From IMG/VR virus record IMGVR_UViG_3300037722_000708, positions 6,001 through 70,000 of that record: a stretch of 64,000 nt of DNA; one strand, 5' to 3'. The notes under the pieces are model-generated. The model ran no database searches. It was not told the DNA's origin and worked only from the letters and a program-made list of their open reading frames with translations. The DNA is from a virus (lineage: Duplodnaviria; Caudoviricetes). Each line of letters begins with the position of its first letter. Within the stretch, counting starts at the first letter, position 1. The translations under genes and the position numbers were made by a program. This document shows, in pieces, positions 19,478 to 27,941 of this stretch.

Positions 19478-20266
19478 TTAAATATCCTTAATAGCGCGGA
19501 AGATCGCGCTGTAATCGCAGGCATAAAAACCTGAGTGGTGGATCGGGTTCAATTCCACAATTCCGATACTCGAATTGTGAAAAAGGTCTAAGGTGTAGTC
19601 GAGCAACCCCTCCTCTTTTAAAAAGAAGGCTACGCGGTGCGCGAACGCTTTATAGCGGGCGGCGAGTGAGATGTCTTCTTCAGGTTCCGATTGGTTGCGC
19701 TTGTTTTCCATCCACGGATCAAACAAAGTCGTATTCTCAAGGGGCGTACGGGCTTCTACGCAGCCGGCACCGGTAACTGGAACCCCATCAACTACGAATA
19801 CTCTGTATTCGTAGTTCATAGGCGTAAATTCTTGCACTATGCACTCACCTTCAAGACGTACAAATTCCCATTCGTAATGTTCAAGGAGTTGGTTCTTTAT
19901 GTCAGATTTAGGCTTTGAGGTGTCTCGCGATAAATGGCACAACGACATTTTCTGAGTACAATGCTTTACAACAAATTGTTCGAGTGTCTCCATAATAGCA
20001 TCTGGGGAGAACTTGCAGGTTATGATCTTGCGGTTCGCATGTTCAAGGAAAGTCTTTGTCTTGTAGTATTCACGCACGAGTTTGTTTTGGTGTTGGCGTG
20101 GCCACTTTGGGTTATCTGGGTATTTACCGTGCCCAATACAGATGCTGCTGCCAGTAATTGTGCGGTCAGTTACTACGGGCCCATATCTGAGCGCAGTTGC
20201 GAGTTGGATCTGATCCTCTATGAAGTCCTCGCGGTCACGGGAGGATCTGCCAAAAAAATGTATCAT
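19478..20266 (-). CDS. ATP-grasp-like protein (R2K/DUF4343-like)
   Basis: IVQEFTPMNYEYRVFVV.G..VTGAG, YTLDL and IVELNP..SGFYA motifs. Confidence 0.65.
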   Translation of the reverse strand: MIHFFGRSSRDREDFIEDQIQLATALRYGPVVTDRTITGSSICIGHGKYPDNPKWPRQHQNKLVREYYKTKTFLEHANRKIITCKFSPDAIMETLEQFVVKHCTQKMSLCHLSRDTSKPKSDIKNQLLEHYEWEFVRLEGECIVQEFTPMNYEYRVFVVDGVPVTGAGCVEARTPLENTTLFDPWMENKRNQSEPEEDISLAARYKAFAHRVAFFLKEEGLLDYTLDLFHNSSIGIVELNPIHHSGFYACDYSAIFRAIKDI

Positions 20267-20445
20267 ATTAAGCCTTTCTTTAAGGCGAGCCACTCAGGTG
20301 CAAAGATTGTACAGCTTTTATCATAGATGCGGCAAACGGTCTTCGGGAAAAACTCGAGCTTGTTATCTATGCGCACACAGTAGGCGAGAGGGGTGTCTCT
20401 CTCCTCCACATGGGCATCAAAACTTATGCGTACATCATCATCCAT
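20263..20445 (-). CDS. Small conserved phage protein
   Basis: FFPKT...IFAPEWLA.KKGLI motif typical of a common phage family. Confidence 0.7.
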   Translation of the reverse strand: MDDDVRISFDAHVEERDTPLAYCVRIDNKLEFFPKTVCRIYDKSCTIFAPEWLALKKGLI

Positions 20446-20689
20446 ATGTGTATTATGCATTGGGGCGGTGGGTGTTGACCACTGGAAATTGAGAAATGAA
20501 ATTTGGAAAATATTTTCGGGGGTGAGGGGGTGGGCGGAGGTTCTTGGCGAGATGGGGGTGGGGTTATGTTAAATAGGTTTTAGATAGCGCTAGAATGCTG
20601 AGCAACCAGGGGCTCCTCCTCAAAATGTTGCAGGTTGGGGCGGTGGGTTTTCTGAGAAAAGGGGGTGTCGTTTCGATACGCTGTGTATG

Positions 20690-20705
20690 TTAATGTCTTG
20701 TTAAC
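20690..20705 (+). promoter_or_regulatory. CtrA box
   Basis: TTAA-TGTCTTG-TTAAC, exact match to consensus. Confidence 0.5.
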
Positions 20706-20725
20706 ACATTAACAACACCTAATAT

Positions 20726-20759
20726 GAAAGGCACATGATGCAATCACCATGTGCCTTTC
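20726..20759 (-). terminator. Hairpin ending the small early cassette
   Basis: 12-bp perfect inverted repeat GAAAGGCACATG/CATGTGCCTTTC. Confidence 0.6.
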
Positions 20760-20780
20760 TTCGCGGGGGATAAATAAATT

Positions 20781-20867
20781 TTATTTTAACCGATTGATAT
20801 CAAACACCACTGCTACTTTTGTTATATCAAATGTCTGTGTGTTGTTTGTTTTGTTTGCATTTTCCAT
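20781..20867 (-). CDS. 28-aa micropeptide
   Basis: AAGGAG RBS; MENANKTNNTQTFDITKVAVVFDINRLK; own promoter and hairpin. Confidence 0.5.
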   Translation of the reverse strand: MENANKTNNTQTFDITKVAVVFDINRLK

Positions 20868-20901
20868 TTTGTTTCTCCTTGTTATCATCACCATATAATT
20901 A

Positions 20902-20934
20902 ATTATATCATGAAAGGTCTCAACAATTCCTTAA
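20902..20934 (-). promoter_or_regulatory. CtrA-type promoter
   Basis: TTAA-N7-TTGAG, 11 nt, TG-A-TATAAT. Confidence 0.6.
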
Positions 20935-20970
20935 CAAAGGAAACAAATATTATATTTATTTTGTGCCTCA

Positions 20971-21099
20971 TTATGCCGCATCACACAGCCCGTCTATGTG
21001 TGTCTTTGCGTCTGTGTAGTCATTGAATATATGTGTGCCTGTGTTATCCCTTATAATATACACATGTCCATTATACTTTACGTCTTTAATCTTTGTCAT
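20971..21099 (-). CDS. 42-aa hypothetical peptide
   Basis: Open frame MTKIKDVKYNGHVYIIRDN... in the early region; weak RBS. Confidence 0.4.
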   Translation of the reverse strand: MTKIKDVKYNGHVYIIRDNTGTHIFNDYTDAKTHIDGLCDAA

Positions 21100-21204
21100 G
21101 TCATTAGCTTTTTATAATTAATCATCATATTTAATCATAACATGTCTGCCATAATATATTATTAATTACATAATCAATTAAGATCAAATGCCACACAAAG
21201 CAAA

Positions 21205-21232
21205 GCGGGCATTCAAACAAATGAATGCCCGC
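21205..21232 (-). terminator. Intrinsic terminator
   Basis: 11-bp inverted repeat GCGGGCATTCA/TGAATGCCCGC followed by TTTGCTTT on the minus strand. Confidence 0.7.
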
Positions 21233-21256
21233 CCCGATGATTAACGTTGGAGAACG

Positions 21257-21485
21257 TTAATTGATAAATCCTTTTTCCTTCAACATCTCATACAATGCCA
21301 TAATATCCTCTGCTGTGCCATGTTTTATTAATTCAAAGGAAGCGCGGACCTTTTTACAAATTGCTCTGTTCTGCTTGCCCAAATCTTCCCCGGACATATA
21401 AATAAACATTATTCGGCTACCGTTAAGTTGGCTGCGCGGCAAAAGCTAGAACCTCAGCACAAAAATTTTTCAATTCCTTACTCAT
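21257..21485 (-). pseudogene. 62-aa gene split by a 40-nt insertion copied from the dpdA start
   Basis: GGAG RBS and ATG at 21485; deleting 40 nt gives a continuous frame MSKELK...AQPEDLGK...GFIN. Confidence 0.65.
21390..21430. repeat. 41-bp exact dispersed repeat, copy 1 (copy 2 at 56139-56179)
   Basis: CCGGACATATAAATAAACATTATTCGGCTACCGTTAAGTTG is identical at both loci. Confidence 0.95.
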
Positions 21486-21517
21486 TTTTAAATCTCCATT
21501 TAATTAATCATCATTCC

Positions 21518-21533
21518 TTAAAGAAGGATTAAC
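21518..21533 (+). promoter_or_regulatory. CtrA box
   Basis: TTAA-AGAAGGA-TTAAC exact match. Confidence 0.55.
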
Positions 21534-21786
21534 ATAACAACAATTTCTTTGCCTTTAAAAATGTGTCATACGCCACATTTTGGCTTGGCTCAAATTGCAC
21601 AATCGCAGGATCAGGTTGTACCTCGTAATTCGGCTCGCCGTCCTTTGTGCAGCGATAAATCACAAAAACATTTGTAAATTCCTCCTGCACACAATAAAGG
21701 ATCTTTTGATTGTACTTATTGCAGGTTGTGTAATAAGCACGGCAAAATCCTGTGTCCTCCGAATGAAAGCTCATTAATACACCCAT
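21529..21786 (-). CDS. Hypothetical early protein
   Basis: 85 aa with GGAGG RBS; FHSEDTGFCRAYY...YRCTKDGEP motif. Confidence 0.7.
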   Translation of the reverse strand: MGVLMSFHSEDTGFCRAYYTTCNKYNQKILYCVQEEFTNVFVIYRCTKDGEPNYEVQPDPAIVQFEPSQNVAYDTFLKAKKLLLC

Positions 21787-21797
21787 CTTATTCCTCC

Positions 21798-22067
21798 TTA
21801 AAATACGCGCTTGTAAAGGCTGAATACCAACACATTGTTGACTATTTCAAATGACACGCGCAAAGTATCATCCCAGACTTTCCTTTCGAATTGTTGCTCA
21901 AAATCCCACACAATGTCACATACGCGATGAAATTGCACAGTCCCATCCGAGCAAGGTAAAAATTCAACATGAGTCACATTATCATTGCGGCTTTTCACAC
22001 ACGCTTTTTTGATATGACGTAAATTACTTAATTCATGAATGAATTGTTTTGTATTTAAATTAGGCAT
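21798..22067 (-). CDS. Hypothetical early protein
   Basis: 89 aa with AAGGAG RBS behind a TGCTATAAT promoter. Confidence 0.7.
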   Translation of the reverse strand: MPNLNTKQFIHELSNLRHIKKACVKSRNDNVTHVEFLPCSDGTVQFHRVCDIVWDFEQQFERKVWDDTLRVSFEIVNNVLVFSLYKRVF

Positions 22068-22097
22068 TTGGGTTCTCCTTATTAATCATCATTCCTT

Positions 22098-22133
22098 ATT
22101 ATAGCATGCTATTCCTTAAAGAAGGATTTTAAC
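22098..22133 (-). promoter_or_regulatory. CtrA-type promoter (half-site)
   Basis: TTAAG, 11 nt, TATAAT (TGCTATAAT); same geometry as the other copies. Confidence 0.55.
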
Positions 22134-22236
22134 ATAACAATCTTTATTAAGGGAAGCTGTCCCTCCAAGCTTTTTCACAATGTGCGGGAAGGCATATTGC
22201 ATTGCTTCCCCTAGCGTGTCCGCGAAAAACACTATT

Positions 22237-22503
22237 TTATAGCGAGTAATACCCGCCAAAGACTTCAACATTATGTAAGCCAGCGAGAAGAAAGCGCAGA
22301 TGTGCCATTTTATGCACATATACAATATGCTTTACTCTCCTGTTTTTAAGGTCAGAGTCGTCATATACAACGATCCGAAACTCACTTGTTGGAAAGCCCC
22401 ACTCGTCCTCCACAATTTCATAAGTATAGGAAGCAGGTTTATTTATACCGCGAAAAAGGGCGGCTACAACCTTAAGTTGCTGGGTATCTTTAACGTCAAT
22501 CAT
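22237..22503 (-). CDS. Hypothetical early protein
   Basis: 88 aa with AAGGAG RBS. Confidence 0.65.
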   Translation of the reverse strand: MIDVKDTQQLKVVAALFRGINKPASYTYEIVEDEWGFPTSEFRIVVYDDSDLKNRRVKHIVYVHKMAHLRFLLAGLHNVEVFGGYYSL

Positions 22504-22534
22504 AATAGTTCTCCTTTAAATCATCATATAATTA

Positions 22535-22567
22535 ATTATAGCATAGAAAGTGTTAATAAGACCTTAA
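22535..22567 (-). promoter_or_regulatory. CtrA-type promoter
   Basis: TTAA-N7-TTAAC, 11 nt, TATAAT with extended TG. Confidence 0.7.
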
Positions 22568-22614
22568 TAAAGGTACCAAAATGCACAATTTTAAATTGTT
22601 TATTTTTGTTTGTG

Positions 22615-22646
22615 TTAAGGAAATATTAAGGTTTATGGTGTATAAT
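22615..22646 (+). promoter_or_regulatory. Divergent CtrA-type promoter into non-coding DNA
   Basis: TTAA-GGAAATA-TTAA, 11 nt, TATAAT (GTGTATAAT). Confidence 0.55.
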
Positions 22647-23278
22647 CATAATTGTAGAACTGTTTAAATTTTTATCTTGTTTTTACCTAAATGTGAGGTA
22701 TTAACAAAACCTTAATATTGGATAAAATTTTACCTAAATTTTAGGAGGATTCTCGCTGTCTCCAGGCAAGGGGAGGGTGGTTTTGTTGTTTTTCGTCAGC
22801 GAAAACCCTTTCGAGATCTAAAATTTCTAGAAATCCCTTTCGAGAGGTGAAAATTTTCGAGGAGGTTTGGAAGATGAGAAGGTTTGGATGGGCTTTTGGG
22901 TTTTGGTTTGTAGTTTGTTGTGGGATTGTTCGCGTAAATTTGAGTTTTGGCTGCGGTCTGATGGTTTTTGGGATGGAATGTACCTGAGAGGACATTAGAG
23001 GGGGTTCATCGAGGGTTTTTCGAGGTTGGGATGGAAGATTAGGAGAGGCTAATGGACGGTTTTGATTTTCAGCGAGGTGTGTGCGAGGACCCATTCTCCA
23101 GGTCTGAGAGGGTTTTTGTAGATATACTCGAAAAAGAAATACAAGAGCAAATCAACCTTTTGTTAGAGAATACTGCGGTTTATTGCAGAAAAAGCTTTAA
23201 AAGCGCATCAGGGCAGTGCTAGCACGAGAATGTTGCAGGCCGCACCTCGACTCGAATTGAAACAAAATAGGGGTGGGG

Positions 23279-23662
23279 TTAAGGCAGGTGCACCAAAACC
23301 TCGAGTTCCTGAGCATCTGGATAAGGAGACGCTTCGTCCTCAACCAATCCCTGCACAACCTTAAGCATAGACGCAAGACGCGCCTTAGAATCTTGAAGAT
23401 CAATGGAGAGAGGGCCTCCATCCTCGCCTGTAACCTCAATAGCTTTCAAAGTCGAATGCACATAGGGCGTTGCTTTAGCTGCCGCCGCAACCCTTAGATC
23501 AATTGGGTTTCCAGGATCAGCAGCAGTCATGAGCAAGAACACCACGGGGTCAAAGTTCTGGATGTTTAGTTGCTTGTATATCTCATCCTGAGCCATAGCA
23601 AGGAGAGCTTGTGCCCGCGTAGCCTTGCCTCGTTTCCTACCTACCATACTTGTATTTGCCAT
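23279..23662 (-). CDS. Probable terminase small subunit
   Basis: DPVVFLL, LRVAAAAKATPYVHSTL.AIEVTGEDGGP motif typical of alphaproteobacterial phage TerS. Confidence 0.7.
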   Translation of the reverse strand: MANTSMVGRKRGKATRAQALLAMAQDEIYKQLNIQNFDPVVFLLMTAADPGNPIDLRVAAAAKATPYVHSTLKAIEVTGEDGGPLSIDLQDSKARLASMLKVVQGLVEDEASPYPDAQELEVLVHLP

Positions 23663-23806
23663 CGACCGCAATGCCCCTGTTTAAACCGCAATAAGTATAC
23701 TACATAACTTTTTAAAAATAATCAAGAGAGCATTCCTTTTTCTTTCAAACCGCCCAAATGCTTGGACAAAAGAGTTAAACCTCAAGGTACTTCCTTTTTC
23801 TTTTTG

Positions 23807-23875
23807 CATAACACCTCTTTAATTAACATAACACCTCTTTAATTAACATAACACCTCTTTAATTAACATAACACC
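23807..23875. repeat. 20-bp tandem direct repeat, about 3.5 copies
   Basis: CATAACACCTCTTTAATTAA x3 plus CATAACACC. Confidence 0.95.
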
Positions 23876-24233
23876 AAACACACTTAAACCACAGTAACCA
23901 CACCCACCATCTATTTCCAGTACAAGAACCAATTCTCCCAGCAGTCTCGAACCGCGAAAAACTGCAAAAAACCAATTCTCCTAATTAAACACAATGCACG
24001 TGTTATGTGACGCGTAAGTTATGCGTTACGTGAAGCAGAGCATAAATCATCAACTGGATCAATCATTTGGAATTTGTTGTTCAACCACCAAACCACAGTA
24101 ACCACAGTAAAACAACATTTTTTTCAAAACAAATCCTCCTACATGTGCGCGTGCGATGTGTTTAATAAACTCCCACCTGAATAACCTCAATTTCCATCTT
24201 TCAAAATCGCCCATCTCCAACTATATTGCTCTA

Positions 24234-24590
24234 ATGGAACAATACAAGAACATAGATCTCCTTTGCGAAATCCTAGAAATGTCGCGTGAGCGAATTATCG
24301 GCATCATGAAAACAGGGGGCACAAAGGAGCGGGCAGCAACCTACTATCTCAGCCCATACTACTACTGCGCTGTCAAAAAGGACCGCCTACTCCCCAACAA
24401 ACTGTACGAAGACGACACCCAACCAACCCTCTGGGAGAAAATCTGCTTCAAACAAGGCCGCACCCTCTACCGCACCTTAGATGGCAACACACCACCCCCA
24501 GAGGAACCCTTACTGCTCTCAGATACAACCTTTGAATGGTTTATAGGCCCCCTATCCAGCTTGCCAGATGCCAACACAACTCAAAAATAA
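24234..24590 (+). CDS. Hypothetical protein (rare plus-strand ORF)
   Basis: 118 aa open frame in a C/A-skewed region; no RBS evident. Confidence 0.4.
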   Translation: MEQYKNIDLLCEILEMSRERIIGIMKTGGTKERAATYYLSPYYYCAVKKDRLLPNKLYEDDTQPTLWEKICFKQGRTLYRTLDGNTPPPEEPLLLSDTTFEWFIGPLSSLPDANTTQK

Positions 24591-25190
24591 GGCGCGTACA
24601 CCATCATCTCCCACCCAGGCCCCTACCCATGTACCCAACCATCCCACAATACCGCGCATTCATCAAAAACTCAAAACTAGCCATCCTGTACATTGAACCC
24701 AATATCCAGCGCATAACTTGTGCAATCATGAATGTAGTTCCTACATTCATAGATTCACAGCCCTTACCACAATTTATAATTGATTTTTACGGCGTGTTGA
24801 CTATCCAATAGAGGATATGCATTTGTAGGCATAAAGTTGCCTTCGTGTTCATCGTTCATTATACCGCTCGTCGTTCTTAAATATCTCTCTAACTGTCTAC
24901 CTAATTCTAAAGCCACCTCATGTTCTGTCATTGCGCGCCCCTATGTTGCAACGCAACAATAGCACACAAGGTCATGCCTGGACAACACACTTTATCCAGT
25001 ATCAGCTTTCAACTTTTTAAACCGTCTAAGGCGAGATTTCTTTAATCAAAGCTGTGCTTCCCTCGCTAGACTCACCGGCAAGCTTGAGGGCGTGGGATCT
25101 CCCATAATATCATAAAGTGCATATCATCTAATACCATATATCCAATTAAGGCGTCCTCAAGATCCTTGCGTATTATTAAAAGTATAGCAT

Positions 25191-25385
25191 CTAGTACATA
25201 TTTAAAGTACCTGTAATAAAATATTTTCTTTTACCAGAGCCGCCAAGCTCGCAATTTAATATGTCAATTTCTTGCTCGTACTTTTCTGGGAAGTCTAAAT
25301 CACTCTCTATTTTATTGCCCGCCGCATCATAAAACCCTTCAGGCATATGCCCATCTACACTGTACACGTGCTGTAAGCCACCCAT
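25191..25385 (-). CDS. Hypothetical protein
   Basis: 64 aa ORF in the minus-strand run. Confidence 0.55.
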   Translation of the reverse strand: MGGLQHVYSVDGHMPEGFYDAAGNKIESDLDFPEKYEQEIDILNCELGGSGKRKYFITGTLNMY

Positions 25386-25390
25386 TCAAA

Positions 25391-25691
25391 TCATATCCTC
25401 GATGTCTCCTTGGGCACGCCGTTTAATATAGCTGCGTTCGCATCCTCGAGCGTATACCGGCCTGCATGAGACATATCCCCACCACCGTTTATGTTCAATC
25501 GACCATATAATCCAATCACAAGCCTCCCATTTATGAATGCCTCTGTGTAGCCAGAAGATGTCATAATACGCAGACCGTTTTCCCAGTCCTTGCCGCGCCT
25601 TTCATTGATAAGGACTTGCAGAAAACCCTCCCTAGCTTCTTTTTGGATCTCCTCGACTGTGTTTTTTGTCGAATTTGGTTGAAATACTCAT
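25391..25691 (-). pseudogene. About 99-aa gene with an apparent 1-nt insertion in an A6 run
   Basis: ATGA overlap with the zur stop; span is 301 nt (3n+1); removing one A at 25662-25667 opens the frame. Confidence 0.5.
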
Positions 25692-26080
25692 TTTTGTTCC
25701 TTTCTACAATTCTGGCAGGTTCCATATGCCTCGGAGCACACAAAATCAACTTTGAAGCCAGAAGATAGTCCGCAGCATTGCCTCTGCGTAATATCTCCAC
25801 ATACTGTACATATTTCTACATGCACGTGTTCGCATTGCAATGTTTTTAATATGTATTTATGCTGGCTAAAAATCTGCAGCACAAAACCGTGCTTAACCAA
25901 GAAGTCAAGCGCCCTGTACACAGTTGGCGGTTGACGGTTGACGTTTCCAACCTTCATTTTGTCTAAAATCTCATAGGCAGTCAAAGGTCCCGCCTTTAAG
26001 ATTCTGTATACAGCGCCCTTGTTCGCGCTGTACCGCAAGCCGTTCTCACGGCAATATTTTTCGAGATGCATGTTGTTCAA
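25688..26080 (-). CDS. zur: Fur-family (Zur-like) regulator
   Basis: PLTAYEILD, PPTVYRALDFLVKHG, H..ICTVCG and C..C motifs. Confidence 0.8.
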   Translation of the reverse strand: MNNMHLEKYCRENGLRYSANKGAVYRILKAGPLTAYEILDKMKVGNVNRQPPTVYRALDFLVKHGFVLQIFSQHKYILKTLQCEHVHVEICTVCGDITQRQCCGLSSGFKVDFVCSEAYGTCQNCRKEQK

Positions 26081-26233
26081 CTTTCATTGCGATCTCCCTC
26101 GCCCTAATATAATGGGGGTAGAACAGATCGTTTGTTGAGGGTGGGTTGCTTTTTACTATATAATACAAATCAAGTAGTGCCTTTTCAGTTGCAGTCATTT
26201 CATTTCTCCACACAGTTATTTTGTTAATGTAAT

Positions 26234-26265
26234 AATATTATACAATAACTAAGTTATAATTGCAA
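26234..26265 (-). promoter_or_regulatory. sigma70 promoter with palindromic operator (26245-26257)
   Basis: TTGCAA-17-TATAAT; the spacer contains ATAACTTAGTTAT. Confidence 0.85.
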
Positions 26266-27414
26266 GTTTTTCATTTTTACTTTTATTGTAGACAGCGCCT
26301 CAGAAACAGCCTCCTGCACTATGTCCCTGTCCCCTGCGGCAATAACACAGCCAACGCGCTCCCTTGAGCTCTTCACAGCATCAACCTTGTGACCCGCCTT
26401 ATAGAACACTCGTGCATGAGCTATACCCTCTATCCTCAAAGCCTCGTCCACCCCCGTTATTTCCTCAATTACGCCCGGTTGCACAGTGAGAAACTGTATT
26501 TGCACAATGTCAGCCGCCCCGACCCCTTTGTGCCCTTGTGCCATTCCACAGGCAAGGCGGATGGTGGCGTCTGCCATATCAAAGCCAGTTGCGAGTTTAA
26601 CCAGCCTTGGGTCCTCACCCCCAGATATCCTTGGCATGCACTCGATTATGTAGAAACCATCGGCTCCAAGTATCAGTTGGGCGTAAATAGGGCAATTAGC
26701 ATATCCAAGAGCAGTGCAGGCACGCCCAAGTATCAGTTCAAGGTTTTCGTCGCCAAGGTCTAAGTGCTTGTCATATGTTTTTGTCAGTGCAACGCCGAAC
26801 GTCTGGTCAGACAGGCGGCTGCCATCTCTTATGGCGGCTGTGTACAGCTTAAAGACCCCATCTGTCACAAAGCCATTAACTCCCACCTCCACCCCCTCTA
26901 TGAATTCTTGAATGATAGCGATCCCCGACTCAGATGCCCCCTGAGCCACCTTTATCGCCTCTTGCAATCCGTCGATATCCACAAAAGACACGCCCGTCTG
27001 CCCTATCCCATCCACAGGTTTTACCACAAAAGGCGCGCATAAGTCCACCACAGCGTCTCCATACACAGAGCGCGGTACCTTTAAACCTGCCTGGTGCAGG
27101 ATCTCGCGCGTCCGGCCTTTCTGCATCGGCAACTCTGCAACCTCAGGTGACACATATGCTTTTAATCCGTGCATCTTGGCATATTTGGCCATAATGTAGA
27201 CCGCTTTATCAGAGCCTCCAGACACCACAGCATCAAAACCGGTCAGTTGCACAATAGTCTCGTAATCGTACCTGTTACAACTGACCACTTCATGGGCGAG
27301 GTCCGAGGCTTCAAGGCCCCTCTCGTCCACCACTGTGACATGCAACCCAAGATCAAGTGCGGCCTCAACCAAAGGCAATTGCGCCTGCCCGCCTCCTATA
27401 ATAAGCAGCTTCAT
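26254..27414 (-). CDS. ATP-grasp amide ligase (CPS-like, polysaccharide-cluster type)
   Basis: IIGGG..Q, VVKPVDG.G..GV, IQEFIEG.E and IIECMPRISGG motifs. Confidence 0.85.
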   Translation of the reverse strand: MKLLIIGGGQAQLPLVEAALDLGLHVTVVDERGLEASDLAHEVVSCNRYDYETIVQLTGFDAVVSGGSDKAVYIMAKYAKMHGLKAYVSPEVAELPMQKGRTREILHQAGLKVPRSVYGDAVVDLCAPFVVKPVDGIGQTGVSFVDIDGLQEAIKVAQGASESGIAIIQEFIEGVEVGVNGFVTDGVFKLYTAAIRDGSRLSDQTFGVALTKTYDKHLDLGDENLELILGRACTALGYANCPIYAQLILGADGFYIIECMPRISGGEDPRLVKLATGFDMADATIRLACGMAQGHKGVGAADIVQIQFLTVQPGVIEEITGVDEALRIEGIAHARVFYKAGHKVDAVKSSRERVGCVIAAGDRDIVQEAVSEALSTIKVKMKNLQL

Positions 27415-27941
27415 TCCGCCTCCAATATGTGTACAAGGTTTGCTGCTCGCTCGTTAGTGCTCCTCAAAGCAGCGGATACGTCTATAAGTTTTCCGTATGG
27501 AAAGGCGGCTAAGAACAGCTCTGGATCCACCTCGCAAATAGCGGCTAGTGTTTTGACAGTCGAGTCGTGTGTAACAATGACAGCCGGTTCTTTTACGCTG
27601 TTGAGGAAGTCTCTTGTCCTGTTTAGAACGTCAAGATAATTCTCGCCTCCCTGAGGCCGTTTGAAGAACTTGTCTCTAAGTGTGACGTTCTTAGGCTTAT
27701 CCCTCAATGCCCCATAACTTTTGGCGCAAAGTCTTACATCTGTCTCATACTCAGCTGTAATCAACTGCACCGTCTGCTGTGCTCTTGGCTGTGGCGACGC
27801 AAACACCTTCATAGCGTGTTTTTTAAGGAAACCTCTTGCCTCTTTTACAAGGTCCACCGCCCCCTCTTTTATAGGGGTGTCGTCGTCGCAGTACACATTA
27901 GTGTTTTCTGGTGGCGCGTGCCTAATTGCGAATAGCTTCAT
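27411..27941 (-). CDS. Histidine phosphatase (phosphoglycerate mutase-like)
   Basis: IRHA, FASPQPRAQQT, GGEN and VIVTHD motifs. Confidence 0.85.
   Translation of the reverse strand: MKLFAIRHAPPENTNVYCDDDTPIKEGAVDLVKEARGFLKKHAMKVFASPQPRAQQTVQLITAEYETDVRLCAKSYGALRDKPKNVTLRDKFFKRPQGGENYLDVLNRTRDFLNSVKEPAVIVTHDSTVKTLAAICEVDPELFLAAFPYGKLIDVSAALRSTNERAANLVHILEAE

Noticed and set aside
21445-21455. PreQ1-I riboswitch-like GAGGTTCTAGC on the minus strand
   Set aside because: No complementary CCTC for P1 and no A-rich tail; it lies inside a coding frame (AEVLAF).
22741-23439. Track ORFs 22741..23094 and 23197..23439 as genes
   Set aside because: The first is a low-complexity Pro/Gln/Lys product of the skewed composition with no RBS; the second is an alternative frame overlapping terS.
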